This document shows, piece after piece, positions 37,305-46,881 of a DNA stretch of 64,000 nucleotides. The DNA lies in IMG/VR virus record IMGVR_UViG_3300017963_000011, positions 41,135 through 105,134 of that record, one strand, 5' to 3'. Source of the stretch: a virus. The position numbers and the translations under genes are program-made. A model generated the notes under the pieces. It was not told the DNA's origin, searched no databases, and saw only the letters and a program-made list of their open reading frames with translations. Each line of letters opens with the position of its first letter. The stretch's first letter is position 1.

Positions 37305-37867
37305 GTAAAGATCCAGCAGTCGAGGTCTATGACGACGATGATGAGTTCTTCGATACCGAGGAAGACGAGGAACTCACTAGCGTTCAGAAGGTTTGGAGAG
37401 CCCGGCAAGTAGCCGTGTTCTTCTGCACCGGCAAGAACTTCGAGGACATCGCTCAAGAACTTGAAGTGACCGCTGACACGGTGCGTCGATGGTTCAACAC
37501 GCCCGAGTGTCAGAAGGTCATCAACAAGATCCAGCACAGCGACATCAAGCTGGCTCGGAATAGTCTCCGTGAAGTTCTCCCTGATTTCTGCGATCGGCTC
37601 AAGACCGACATCCAGAACGAGGGCGATAACACGTACCAAGCGATGAAGCTGTACGCCAAGGTGATGGGCCTTGATGAGCGGCAGAAGGGCACGGACGCTG
37701 CGCTCTCGAACTACGAGGAAGTCATGCGCATGGTCTTTGGCGATGACGATGAGGATGACATCACCGAAATCGCGCATCCTAGTCAACTCCTTTCTGAGAC
37801 AACAGAAACCAACTCTCACGATGATGACGATGAAGAGGAGGCTTCTAGCGAGGTAGACGACACATAA
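37301..37867 (+). CDS. Helix-turn-helix protein with acidic termini
   Basis: GKNFEDIAQELEVTADTVRRW HTH; ATGA overlap with the upstream gene. Confidence 0.75.
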   Translation: MSKDPAVEVYDDDDEFFDTEEDEELTSVQKVWRARQVAVFFCTGKNFEDIAQELEVTADTVRRWFNTPECQKVINKIQHSDIKLARNSLREVLPDFCDRLKTDIQNEGDNTYQAMKLYAKVMGLDERQKGTDAALSNYEEVMRMVFGDDDEDDITEIAHPSQLLSETTETNSHDDDDEEEASSEVDDT

Positions 37868-37914
37868 CTGAGATGCACGCAATCGAGCGAACGATGCGTC
37901 TCTACATACTGAGC

Positions 37915-38409
37915 TTATCTGAACCCTGCCAGAGTGGCGGGGTTTAGTGTTAGTAGCCTCCTTTTCCTGGGCGACTCCTTGAAGCTGTAGTAGTCATCCT
38001 CTCCGATGATGATGTGGTCGAGCACCTCGATCTTGAGGAAGGCGCAGAGCATCACCACTGCCTTAGTGAGCATCACATCCGGCATACTGGGCTCAGGCCC
38101 ACAGCCGGGGTGGTTGTGGAAGATGACGATCTTCTTGCCGCCCACCATGATGATGTGGCGTAGCAGGGCAGTGATATCTACCACTGACATGTCAGAGTCT
38201 CCAGCGTTGATCTGAGACTCGCCGATGTACCTCTTCTCCAGGTCCAGCGCTACCACCAGGAAGCGCTCGTTGGTGTACTTGCCGATGGCCTTCCTGCCGT
38301 GCTCGGCGATGTCGCAGACGTACTCGAAATTGATGTGGTCGATGCGTCGGTCAGTCGTCTTCCAGACGACCTCGAATTCTTTGGCGAATCTAGGCGTCTC
38401 CTCCTCCAT
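37915..38409 (-). CDS. JAB/MPN (RadC-like) domain protein
   Basis: ERFLVVALD, HNHPGCGPEPSMPD and LDHIIIG. Confidence 0.85.
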   Translation of the reverse strand: MEEETPRFAKEFEVVWKTTDRRIDHINFEYVCDIAEHGRKAIGKYTNERFLVVALDLEKRYIGESQINAGDSDMSVVDITALLRHIIMVGGKKIVIFHNHPGCGPEPSMPDVMLTKAVVMLCAFLKIEVLDHIIIGEDDYYSFKESPRKRRLLTLNPATLAGFR

Positions 38410-38593
38410 CGTCGTCCACCTCCAGTGCTCGACCATCGCTGGTGTGCATGAGTGCGCAGGCCATGCAGACGTAGATCCTGCGGCCATATTTCTCGCTTTC
38501 TTGTGGATCGTATTCGAGGATCTCCCCGCACTCGGAGCATTCGATCGGATCATTGTACTCGTCATAGATTGCCAGGACCAGATCGTCATCCAC
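38390..38593 (-). CDS. Small Zn-ribbon protein
   Basis: CSECG...CMAC. Confidence 0.5.
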   Translation of the reverse strand: MDDDLVLAIYDEYNDPIECSECGEILEYDPQESEKYGRRIYVCMACALMHTSDGRALEVDDDGGGDA

Positions 38594-38792
38594 AGTACAC
38601 GTTTCCTTTCGGGTAGGGGTAGGCGATGGTCTTGCCGTCTTCGGTCTTGATCTCTCCGTGCTTGATCTTGTCCGTCTTGCCCAGGAAGAAATCGTGACGG
38701 ATGTTGTGATCGGGGCACTCGATCGTGCCATCCTGATTGAAGATGAAGACTAGCTTCTCGGGCTTATCCACATCGTTGTCCACAGTATCCAC
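38586..38792 (-). CDS. Hypothetical protein
   Basis: Starts just after the palindrome at 38803 and an SD. Confidence 0.55.
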   Translation of the reverse strand: MDTVDNDVDKPEKLVFIFNQDGTIECPDHNIRHDFFLGKTDKIKHGEIKTEDGKTIAYPYPKGNVYCG

Positions 38793-39076
38793 ACCCTCTC
38801 ATTCTCGGCGCCGAGATTAGTTGACCTCTGGGTGGCTGCTTGCGTAGAGGTTGATCTCGGCCCACCATACGAGGTAGTCGTCGTCCTTTGACCAGAGCCA
38901 GTTCCAGTAGTGGTGCTCCCCCGGCCAGTTAGGCCGGTCCCGCATTAGATAGTGGAAGGACTCAGGGTCATCCTCGAATAGCAGGAACAGCCTCTGGCGC
39001 AAGAGGCGGAACTCCAGCTTCTTCTTGTACTGGTAGAACAGAACCCTCTTGCGCCTGACCGGATCGAAGACCCAAC

Positions 39077-39298
39077 TCAGGTCGTCATCTTGACCTTCGG
39101 CTTCGGTTTCACCTTGTCGTCGTCGTAGTACGTCTCCTTCTTCGTCTCGTCCAGGGTCACGAAGCCGTCTGTCAGCCATTTCGTCTTCTCACATGCCTTC
39201 CCTTTGAAGCCTTGCATGTCGATGTTGATCTTGCCGTCTTTCCAGGTCACGATGATGCGCTTGCCATCGTACTCGCTTACGAAGCCGTCACCTGCCAT
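39077..39298 (-). CDS. DUF2997-like protein
   Basis: DGKINIDMQGFKGKAC...YY pattern, downstream of the DUF1257-like and AAA genes. Confidence 0.7.
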   Translation of the reverse strand: MAGDGFVSEYDGKRIIVTWKDGKINIDMQGFKGKACEKTKWLTDGFVTLDETKKETYYDDDKVKPKPKVKMTT

Positions 39299-39299
39299 G

Positions 39300-39767
39300 T
39301 TACCACCCCGCGCTCACTTTCTGCTTGCCCTTGGGGCGAAGCTCCATGTAGTTCGTGCCGTCCGGGAGCACCTTGCGCTCGAACGTCATCCATTCCTGGC
39401 CTTCCATTGTTTCGGCCAGTTTCTTGCGCACCTGACCCTCGGGATAGATCTGCTCGATCTTCTCCTGGAAGCCGAGGTTGAGGTTCACGTCGTTGACCTT
39501 CAGGGCGTAGGTGCCATCGTCTTGCAGCTTGAAGCCGATGTCCTTGTGGTAGTGCCGCCGCCCCTGGATCTCCGTAGTTCCCCCGAGGATCGTGATGTCG
39601 GCGAATTCGTCGCCATGATCAAAGCCGGCATAACCGACCATCTTGCGGTTCGGGGTCAGGTCGATCTTCTCCTTGGGGATGCCCAGGCCCCACTCCTTGT
39701 TGGTCAGGCACTCGATCAGTAGCTCTCGATCCGTGAACGGGAGAGCCGATTGCAGGAACTTACTCAT
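39300..39767 (-). CDS. DUF1257-like protein
   Basis: MSKF...TDRELLIECL...ADI...DIGFKLQDDGTY...IEQIY. Confidence 0.7.
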   Translation of the reverse strand: MSKFLQSALPFTDRELLIECLTNKEWGLGIPKEKIDLTPNRKMVGYAGFDHGDEFADITILGGTTEIQGRRHYHKDIGFKLQDDGTYALKVNDVNLNLGFQEKIEQIYPEGQVRKKLAETMEGQEWMTFERKVLPDGTNYMELRPKGKQKVSAGW

Positions 39768-39789
39768 CTCGTCTCCTCTCGTGGTAGCG

Positions 39790-41610
39790 CTACAACCTGA
39801 CTTTCTTCTTCACGCGCTTCTTGCCGTTTCCTTTGGCACGGTGCTTGTCGGGATCGTAGGCGAGCGGGATGTTGCCGTCCAGTGCCCACTGCCTGTACTG
39901 CTCGGTCCTCTCTGGGTGAGTCACGCTTGCCGGCGTGGTATTCTTGATCGTCTCCAGGAACATAGCCGTTGTGGCCTTCTGGTCTGGAGCCCGGTAGGCT
40001 TTCTTGAGCACGGCCTTCGCCAAGCTCTCGATTTCGGAACCGGACCACCCTTCCAGGTCCACAGCGATGCGGCAGATCTCGAAGTCCTCGGAGTTGTAGT
40101 TGTTCATCTCGTTCCGTCGCTTGTCGATGTGATATCGCAGGATCTGCTCGCGAGCCTCTGGCTCGGTCGGGAGATCCATGAACCACTTGCCATCGGTGTC
40201 GATGCGGTGGCCACCGAACAACTCGGGCGGCAGCTTGCTTGGGTCGTTGCTGGTGAAGATGAAGTAGACGCCCTCCCGCTTCTTATGATCCGAGAGAAAG
40301 CTCAGGAACGTTCCGAAGAAGCGCTTGGTCGTGCCGGCGTCCACTTTGTCGGAACTGTCCGACCCGCCCAGCCCCTTCTCCACCTCGTCGATCACCACGA
40401 ACACCGGGCTCAGTGCCACACAGGTGTCCAGCGCCCGCCTGAGCTTGGCGTTCGTTTCACCGATGTGCGAGGAGAAGCATTTCTCCAGGCGCAGGATCAG
40501 CGTGGGCTTCTTCGCCTTGCTCCCGAGCCTCTTGGCTACGGCCGTTTTGCCGGTCCCGGAGGGGCCGACGAGCAGACAACCGAGAGGCCACGAGCCGATG
40601 AACTCTTTGGCTTTTTTGGTGAAGGCATCGACCAGTTCGTCGAAATACGCCATCAAGTCATCGCAGCCTTTGATGCCTTCGAGTGGTTCGTCCGGGTCAC
40701 AGAACTCCATGATGCCATCCTTGGCGAGGATCTCGGCCTTCATCCGTCCGACCACGAGAGGATCGAGCACGCCATCCCGACTCAGCGAGAGAGCCGTGAT
40801 ATTCATTGCCTCCTGACGAGTCAGACCTCGGAGCCCTTCGGCGATCTCCGAAACGGTGAACTCGCCAAGGATCTCGGCTCGTTCCTCGTCCGTTTCTGCG
40901 TTCTCAAGGATGACCTCGACAACCTTCTCCAGGTCAGGCTGCGTAGGCAGTGGCAGATGGAACTTGCGGAAGCATCGGCTCAAGCGCTCGGGCACCTCAT
41001 CGTTGCCGGTGAGGATGATGATGAGCGAGCCTGTGCTCTCGTATTCCATCTTGCGAAGTCGCAGCATGTCGGCCACGCCTTCACGATCGAAGTAGCGGTC
41101 GAAGTCTTTGAGGACAACGCAGACCGGCTCATCCTCGGTGGAAGGGACATTCACGGCATCGTCCAGGGCAGCGCCGAATTGCCGGAAGAAGTTGCGTAGC
41201 GAGAGGAAGCGCTCGTTCGGGGCCGGCTCGATGCTGATGCCGCTCTTGAAACGTTGCTTCAACTCGGGTCGGCTGGAGATCATCTCGCGGATCGTGAACA
41301 GCTTGTTGTCCACCGGGCGAGTGACCATCATCTGGCGAATGGGAGCGACGATGTTGCCGTCCTCATCGACCTCGTTGTCCTCGTAGTCGGCCAGACCACG
41401 GGATGCGTCCCACTCATACACATGCAGCGGCGGGTAGTATTCGTCCTCTCCCTCTTTCGGCCGCTTGCGTTTGACCTTCTTGTGGACCGCTTCCGCGATC
41501 AGTTCCATGGCTTCCTCGTAGTCGTGGGACACCAGCCATGCGGCGCCCCCTCCCGACGAGGCGAAGTGGTGCAAGTCCTTGACGATGGGCTTGCTGAACT
41601 CCTGATCCAT
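39790..41610 (-). CDS. AAA+ ATPase (Ycf46-like)
   Basis: Walker A GPSGTGKT, Walker B VIDEVEKG, TSND.SKLPPEL; degenerate N-terminal AAA domain (VLKDFD). Confidence 0.9.
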   Translation of the reverse strand: MDQEFSKPIVKDLHHFASSGGGAAWLVSHDYEEAMELIAEAVHKKVKRKRPKEGEDEYYPPLHVYEWDASRGLADYEDNEVDEDGNIVAPIRQMMVTRPVDNKLFTIREMISSRPELKQRFKSGISIEPAPNERFLSLRNFFRQFGAALDDAVNVPSTEDEPVCVVLKDFDRYFDREGVADMLRLRKMEYESTGSLIIILTGNDEVPERLSRCFRKFHLPLPTQPDLEKVVEVILENAETDEERAEILGEFTVSEIAEGLRGLTRQEAMNITALSLSRDGVLDPLVVGRMKAEILAKDGIMEFCDPDEPLEGIKGCDDLMAYFDELVDAFTKKAKEFIGSWPLGCLLVGPSGTGKTAVAKRLGSKAKKPTLILRLEKCFSSHIGETNAKLRRALDTCVALSPVFVVIDEVEKGLGGSDSSDKVDAGTTKRFFGTFLSFLSDHKKREGVYFIFTSNDPSKLPPELFGGHRIDTDGKWFMDLPTEPEAREQILRYHIDKRRNEMNNYNSEDFEICRIAVDLEGWSGSEIESLAKAVLKKAYRAPDQKATTAMFLETIKNTTPASVTHPERTEQYRQWALDGNIPLAYDPDKHRAKGNGKKRVKKKVRL

Positions 41611-41642
41611 TGTATTCCGTCCTCTCATTCTCGGCGCCGAGA

Positions 41643-42665
41643 TTAGAAGCGAACCATCCGGCGCTTGCGCTTGGCGAGAGTGTTGAGCTTCTTGTTGGTC
41701 TTGTTCTCCTCGGTCCCTATCTTCCTCTCGATTTGCACGATCTTGTTGTAGATGTCCTGCGGGGTACTCCCCTCGTTGGCCGATGCGTAGTCGGACTCTG
41801 GCAGAATGTCGATCAACTCCTGCATGAGCCCGATGATCTTGTCATCGCCGAAGTAGTTGGAGAGGATGTGGTCACGCAGGAAGAAGCGAGCATTCTTGAT
41901 CTGGTGCCCCTTGATTTTGATGGGCTTGCCTTTCTCGTCCTCGCCGCCTTCGGCCACCTTCTTCAGGGCTGAGAGGCGATCGACGAGCAGCTTGCACCAT
42001 GTGATCTTGTGGGCGAGTTCGATCTCGGCTTCGTCGAGCTTGGCGAGACGGATCAGCTTGTTCCTGGCCTCGGCTCCCTTCTTGTCGAGTTCGGTCAGGA
42101 ACTCCTCGCCCTCTCGCGTCGGCAGGAGAGCCATTGTCTTGCTCGGGAGAAGGCGTGCCTTCAGCCTTTCCGGGAGGGACTCCTTTGCCGGATAGGCGGC
42201 CTTGAACTCGCGGATCAGTTCGTTGATGATGGCCCGGTCGATGTCCGGGTTCTTTGCAATCAGATCCTCCTTGATCTCCTTGAGTTGCTGACGCATGATC
42301 GAGTCGTAGTTCTCCTGAAGCTCGGCGATGACTGCGTTGTAGTCGGCCAGCTTCTGCTCCCATCCCTTCTTGCCGGCCTCCTCGTCACCGTACATGAACT
42401 TGTTCCACAGTGCGTCCGGGATCAGAAAGACCGACGAGGTGGACTCCAGTTTGAAGCCGCCTGCGTGCTTCGGGTGATCCCGTAGCGCCTGACTCTTGGC
42501 GTGGATCTTCTTGCTGTGCTCTTTCGGGAGTAGCTTGACGCCACCCTTGCGGAAGTATTCCGCACTCAGCTTGGCGCCTCCGAGGCGAGTCTGGTCGAAC
42601 GAATGGTCGCCGCCCCATGCATCAATCTCAACGCAGATGGCGACTCCTTTGTGGAAAACGGACAT
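41643..42665 (-). CDS. DUF3150-like protein
   Basis: V.I.AWGG...GGVKLLPKE...FLIP...LQENYD pattern; AAA-associated context. Confidence 0.5.
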   Translation of the reverse strand: MSVFHKGVAICVEIDAWGGDHSFDQTRLGGAKLSAEYFRKGGVKLLPKEHSKKIHAKSQALRDHPKHAGGFKLESTSSVFLIPDALWNKFMYGDEEAGKKGWEQKLADYNAVIAELQENYDSIMRQQLKEIKEDLIAKNPDIDRAIINELIREFKAAYPAKESLPERLKARLLPSKTMALLPTREGEEFLTELDKKGAEARNKLIRLAKLDEAEIELAHKITWCKLLVDRLSALKKVAEGGEDEKGKPIKIKGHQIKNARFFLRDHILSNYFGDDKIIGLMQELIDILPESDYASANEGSTPQDIYNKIVQIERKIGTEENKTNKKLNTLAKRKRRMVRF

Positions 42666-42666
42666 G

Positions 42667-43416
42667 TTACCTCCTTGACAGCCGGTACAAGACCGGCTTC
42701 TGTTTGAACCAGGGGCGCAGCGCATTCTTGTGTAGCGCTACCACCTCGTCAATGTCGAACAGGTTCGTGATGGCTCGGGTGTTCCTGCGCTTGGCTTTCT
42801 TGGAGAAGAAGCCCTTGGGCAGCACCACCACCGCGCGTGCTTTCTCGTAGAGCTTGGCGACTCGCAGTAGCATCGTCATTGCTATGTCAGCCACGCCTTG
42901 CTGTTTCCCGGTCGGTGGGTTGAGCAGCACCACGTTGGGTTGGAACGTAGGACGTGTCAGTGAGAAATTCTTATACTCGACATGTTCGTATCTCGGGTAT
43001 TCGAGAAAGTCCCGGCACATGATGTGTAGCTTCGGGTCCAGTTCCTTTGATACCTCGACGAGCCACTTGTCGATCTCGTAGCCGATGGTTTTGCCACCCG
43101 CAGCTTGTGCTACCTTGAGCAGCACACCGATGCCGGCGCAAGGGTCCATGACTGTCTCACCTTCTTCGATCTCGGCAAGCTCGACCATCTTGATCGCCAC
43201 CTTCTTCGGCGTGAACCATGCCGACTTGGGCGCACCCTTGATGTTGATGAGGTGATCCCACAACTCGATCGCCAGGGCGAATGGTGTGTCCTCGTATTCG
43301 AGTTCAGTGAGATGCCCTAACTTGCTGAAGCCGAAAATGGATCGAGCATAGCGCTCTCGCCAGTTGCTAGAGTTAGAGATAAACTCGGCGTACTCGACCA
43401 CCGATAGCTTGCTCAT
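42667..43416 (-). CDS. N6-adenine DNA methyltransferase-like protein
   Basis: FTP, DPCAGIG, YEID, DFL and NPPT (variant of NPPY/F). Confidence 0.75.
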   Translation of the reverse strand: MSKLSVVEYAEFISNSSNWRERYARSIFGFSKLGHLTELEYEDTPFALAIELWDHLINIKGAPKSAWFTPKKVAIKMVELAEIEEGETVMDPCAGIGVLLKVAQAAGGKTIGYEIDKWLVEVSKELDPKLHIMCRDFLEYPRYEHVEYKNFSLTRPTFQPNVVLLNPPTGKQQGVADIAMTMLLRVAKLYEKARAVVVLPKGFFSKKAKRRNTRAITNLFDIDEVVALHKNALRPWFKQKPVLYRLSRR

Positions 43417-43574
43417 ACGCCTCCATCTCCTTTGCGATCATCCAGAGGACGAGCCCAGGTTCTTCCGAGTCCCATAGGTCGCCCTCGCCTTCCTCCGGTG
43501 ACATGTCAGAGTTGAAGCACCGGATGGCAGCACGTTTCGCGGCTGCGTTGTCACAGAGCCCTACCCAGACGGGC

Positions 43575-43946
43575 TCAGTAGTTCCTTCGTTTCGCTTCTT
43601 CATGCCTGTCCTTCTCGTGTTGTAGGACTAGGCGTATGGCTCTCACGAGTCCGGGTTTCTTCTCCAGAGTATTCACGCACCAGTCGAGGTAGTCCGGGTC
43701 CATCTGAAAGACCTCGTTGATTGGGAAGCCCTTGTACTTGCCGAACATGAACCGCGTACTGAGCGCTTCGTCCAGAGTCAACGTATCGTTGAGTAGGATT
43801 TCGCCACGCTCGTAAGCTGTGAGGAGCCTCTCGAATGTGACTCGGGCGCTGCCGGCGAGATACTTCCAGTCGATTTCACTCCCGCCGGCAGCGGCCTTGT
43901 TGTAGTCGGCGAGCCAGACGCGCAGTCCATTGAGCGTGTCTTTCAT
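43575..43946 (-). CDS. Protein with an FGKYKG (exonuclease X C-terminal-like) domain
   Basis: FMFGKYKG.PI.EV...DPDYLDW. Confidence 0.65.
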   Translation of the reverse strand: MKDTLNGLRVWLADYNKAAAGGSEIDWKYLAGSARVTFERLLTAYERGEILLNDTLTLDEALSTRFMFGKYKGFPINEVFQMDPDYLDWCVNTLEKKPGLVRAIRLVLQHEKDRHEEAKRRNY

Positions 43947-43949
43947 GGC

Positions 43950-44234
43950 TCACCTCTTGAACTTGAGCTTGATCTCCTGTTCCTTGCCATCCTTAATGGC
44001 CTGCGGGCCGACAACGTACACGTGGCAGAAGATTTCCTTCTCACCCTCCTTCCCGTTGGGCATGTCGCTCACGCGCACCTCGATCCTGAGTTCGGTGGGG
44101 CTGATGTCGCCTTCCTCCCGGAAGAGGACGCGTTCGTAGCTGCCACCGTTGCCGTTCTTCGGGCCAGTCTCTACCTTGCTCGTGCGGCCGTCCACTTCGA
44201 GCATGTGCCAGACGTTTCTTACGTTTCGAGGCAT
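43950..44234 (-). CDS. Hypothetical protein
   Basis: Palindrome 44252, GAAAGGA SD, then ATG. Confidence 0.65.
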   Translation of the reverse strand: MPRNVRNVWHMLEVDGRTSKVETGPKNGNGGSYERVLFREEGDISPTELRIEVRVSDMPNGKEGEKEIFCHVYVVGPQAIKDGKEQEIKLKFKR

Positions 44235-44265
44235 GGTTTCAGTCCTTTCATTCTCGGCGCCGAGA

Positions 44266-44778
44266 TTAGCTGATGTTGATTTCTTCTCCGCTGAGAAACT
44301 CGTGGCTATCGTCGTCATCGGAATTCTTGCCGGTGTCGTTGCTCGACGAGCAACCCGGCAGAAGATCCTTGGGGTCGCTCTCGTCATCGAGGTCGCTCTC
44401 GAAGACCAGGGCGTCGTCCCAGCCCATGTTGAACACTGTCCAGGCGTCTTTCTCCAAGCGGAGCACGGCCTCGTCGAAGACTTCTCGGATGATCTTGAGC
44501 ACATCCGGTAAAGACACAGGCAGTGAGCGCCGCCGGTTGTAGGTTTTCACCCGCAACTCCCTGCCTTCGATTCCATGGGCCGCCCAGATGTGAACCTTCT
44601 GGCACCGACAGAAGGTGTCGTGGTTCTTGCTGTCATCTACGTGTTCGAGGTAGATGTTGAACAGCTTGGGCACCTTCCAGACCATGCGCTCCATCTCGGG
44701 CTCGTTCCAGTCGAAGATACCCGTGGACTGGAGGAAGCTGGTCAACTGCCCCCAGTATACTTTCTTCACTTTCGCCAT
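44266..44778 (-). CDS. Hypothetical protein
   Basis: Own promoter motif at 44793-44817; stop abuts the palindrome. Confidence 0.65.
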   Translation of the reverse strand: MAKVKKVYWGQLTSFLQSTGIFDWNEPEMERMVWKVPKLFNIYLEHVDDSKNHDTFCRCQKVHIWAAHGIEGRELRVKTYNRRRSLPVSLPDVLKIIREVFDEAVLRLEKDAWTVFNMGWDDALVFESDLDDESDPKDLLPGCSSSNDTGKNSDDDDSHEFLSGEEINIS

Positions 44779-44820
44779 TGTGTTTCTCCCTTCACCCTAT
44801 AGGGCCGCGATTGGCAAGCC

Positions 44821-45240
44821 CTAGATTGAGCCGTAGTGCATTCTGATCCAGGGATCTGGCTCGAACTGCTTCTGATCCTTGAAGCGGTGCATGGTCGTGA
44901 CCCACCCTTTGGTTCGGGCAGCGCCGTACCACCAGACACCGTGGACGTCCTTGGCGTGCCACCATACGCAGCTTCCACAGAAGCCGCGCCTTGTTGTGTA
45001 GGTGCTCGTCACCGTGGCCAGCTTTCCCCCGCTCCATGTGGTGATGAGCTTGCCGTCGCTGGAGAGGTAAGCCTGGAACTTGGTGGCCGTCTTGAGTTCC
45101 TTGCGCTGGGCTTTGTTGGCGCAAGCATAGCACATGGTCTTTCCAGTCTCCCGGTCGTGGCACACGCCAGTAGCGCAGCTACCTTTCTTGCGCCTTGTGG
45201 GGAGGTGCCCACAGTCGAGCAGTGTTCCAGTTTTTGCCAT
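44821..45240 (-). CDS. Hypothetical phage protein
   Basis: Palindrome 45257 and SD; Cys pairs, AYLS...ITTW.G..L motif. Confidence 0.65.
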   Translation of the reverse strand: MAKTGTLLDCGHLPTRRKKGSCATGVCHDRETGKTMCYACANKAQRKELKTATKFQAYLSSDGKLITTWSGGKLATVTSTYTTRRGFCGSCVWWHAKDVHGVWWYGAARTKGWVTTMHRFKDQKQFEPDPWIRMHYGSI

Positions 45241-45278
45241 GTCAGAGTCCTTTCAGTCTCGGCGCCGAGACTAGGCGT

Positions 45279-45524
45279 CTAGTAGCGGTAGCTGATCTTG
45301 CGGGCGACGACGCGCCGGAACCCGTTGCGGTAGATGAAGACGAGCCGGCCACGGTAGCCGCGCCCGATGTTCAGACTCGCCCAGTAGAGGCCAACCAGCC
45401 CTGACTTTCTCTTGTCGAACGTCCAGCGGCGCTCGTAGGCGCTGCGTTCGGTCGGGCGCTTGGTCGACTCGATGGCGATCTTCACGACGTTCTTGGGGAT
45501 CTCGATAGTGCGTTGCTGGTTCAC
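45279..45524 (-). CDS. Hypothetical basic protein
   Basis: GAGGAGG SD; tight operon. Confidence 0.55.
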   Translation of the reverse strand: MNQQRTIEIPKNVVKIAIESTKRPTERSAYERRWTFDKRKSGLVGLYWASLNIGRGYRGRLVFIYRNGFRRVVARKISYRY

Positions 45525-45526
45525 GT

Positions 45527-45805
45527 TCAGTCCTCCTCATAGTATCCGCGCTTCTCGCGCATGGTGGTGAGACGGTCGAGGGTCTTCTCGAAGCCGTGCT
45601 TGTTGAAGTAGTCCTGGGCTTCGACCTGCGCCTCCCAGGACACGGAGATGTAGTCGATCCCTCTAGGGTTCGTTGCAATCTCGATTTCCTCGGCAAGCTC
45701 ATGGGCGAGCTTCTCGTGCAGACTCAGGTAGGAACCGGGTCGTTTCAGGTCTGAGAAGTCAACCTTGCTCTCCATCAACTTCTGAACTCCCTTGGATACT
45801 GCCAT
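45527..45805 (-). CDS. Hypothetical protein
   Basis: GGAGG SD. Confidence 0.6.
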   Translation of the reverse strand: MAVSKGVQKLMESKVDFSDLKRPGSYLSLHEKLAHELAEEIEIATNPRGIDYISVSWEAQVEAQDYFNKHGFEKTLDRLTTMREKRGYYEED

Positions 45806-46207
45806 CTAGTCCTCCTCCGTATCTTCCCCGTCCTCGGTCAGGCCGAAGAATTCTGTGTCGGAACCATGTTCGCCAAGCAGACGAGCGGCTGTTCTTGCGC
45901 AGATGACCTCATCCTTCTGATTGCGGGTGATGCCGGAAGCATAGCTGTTATCGCCGAAGCAAGCCGCATCGACTTCTTCGAGGGTCATGTCTACCGGCAG
46001 TTCGCTCTCGCTCAGGATCTCGAACGTGATTGTGCGCTTGTAGAACTTGCGCTGGCTCTTGGCCGCCTCTTTCCTACACTCTTCCGAGCAGACGTAGGTG
46101 AACGCCTTCTTTCCGCAGAGGCCGCCCTCGATCAAGCGGCCGTTTCGAGTAGTAAGTCTGAGCCGCTTGTTGCACGCCGCACAGTGCGAGAAGAACGTCT
46201 TGTCCAT
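45806..46207 (-). CDS. Hypothetical protein with Cys motifs
   Basis: CAAC...CSEEC; AAGGAGG SD. Confidence 0.6.
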   Translation of the reverse strand: MDKTFFSHCAACNKRLRLTTRNGRLIEGGLCGKKAFTYVCSEECRKEAAKSQRKFYKRTITFEILSESELPVDMTLEEVDAACFGDNSYASGITRNQKDEVICARTAARLLGEHGSDTEFFGLTEDGEDTEED

Positions 46208-46881
46208 TACTCCTCCTTCAACGTAGCGCTACCATCCTTGACAGCCTGCTGCGCATCTTCGAGGCTCTCGGGCAAGCCGTGCATCTTGCGAGTGAGCTTC
46301 TTTTCGTCGCTGTCGCTCTCGCTGTAGCGGTACAGCCCGGCGAGCACGTCACCCTTGAGCATGTCCCACCCGGTCGAGCCGATCTTGTTCTGGCCACGAT
46401 CCATCTCGAAACCGAACGTGATGCCGAGTATGGCCAGATCCTTGTGCATCTTTCGCCAGAGCTTCTTGATGTTGTTGCCGTTCTCCTGCCACACGATGGC
46501 GCCGAAGCCATAGTCGGATAGGATCTGCACACGGAAGTTCGGATCGTCCAGAGGCATCTGGGCCAGGTCTTCCTCTGTCCAGCCGCAGGAGTCGACCGCT
46601 TCTTTCCAGCCCTTCTCGCCGGCCTCGCTTGGCGAGATGGCCTTGACTTCCACTCCGTAGGTTGCGCCGACCTCTTCCTTGCAACCGTGTTCCTCCCACG
46701 GGATGATTTCCGCGACGAGCCAGAAGTAGAACTCGCCATTGCACATGCGCTGGGAGATGAACTTCCCCCCGTAGGTGAGGTAGTTTACGTCTCCCGTGAG
46801 GAATTTGAAGATGGGCTTTGCGATGTGGATGCGGGCGCACTCGCTGATCGGATTCTTACGCGGCGGTTTCCAGCCTAGCAT
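46207..46881 (-). CDS. Hypothetical protein
   Basis: 224 aa, coupled to both neighbours. Confidence 0.65.
   Translation of the reverse strand: MLGWKPPRKNPISECARIHIAKPIFKFLTGDVNYLTYGGKFISQRMCNGEFYFWLVAEIIPWEEHGCKEEVGATYGVEVKAISPSEAGEKGWKEAVDSCGWTEEDLAQMPLDDPNFRVQILSDYGFGAIVWQENGNNIKKLWRKMHKDLAILGITFGFEMDRGQNKIGSTGWDMLKGDVLAGLYRYSESDSDEKKLTRKMHGLPESLEDAQQAVKDGSATLKEE

Noticed and set aside
39834-39849. Additional sigma54 promoter TGGCAC-GGTGC-TTGTC
   Set aside because: It lacks the invariant -12 GC and lies antisense within a coding region.
39643-41199. 518-aa + strand ORF (likewise 8625..10079 on the minus strand and 47519..48541 on the plus strand)
   Set aside because: Each is antisense to well-supported genes, has no recognisable motifs, and is expected from codon bias.
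39790-41610. AAA ATPase as the sigma54 enhancer-binding protein
   Set aside because: It has no GAFTGA loop or C-terminal Fis-type HTH, and its motifs match the Ycf46-like classical AAA clade.
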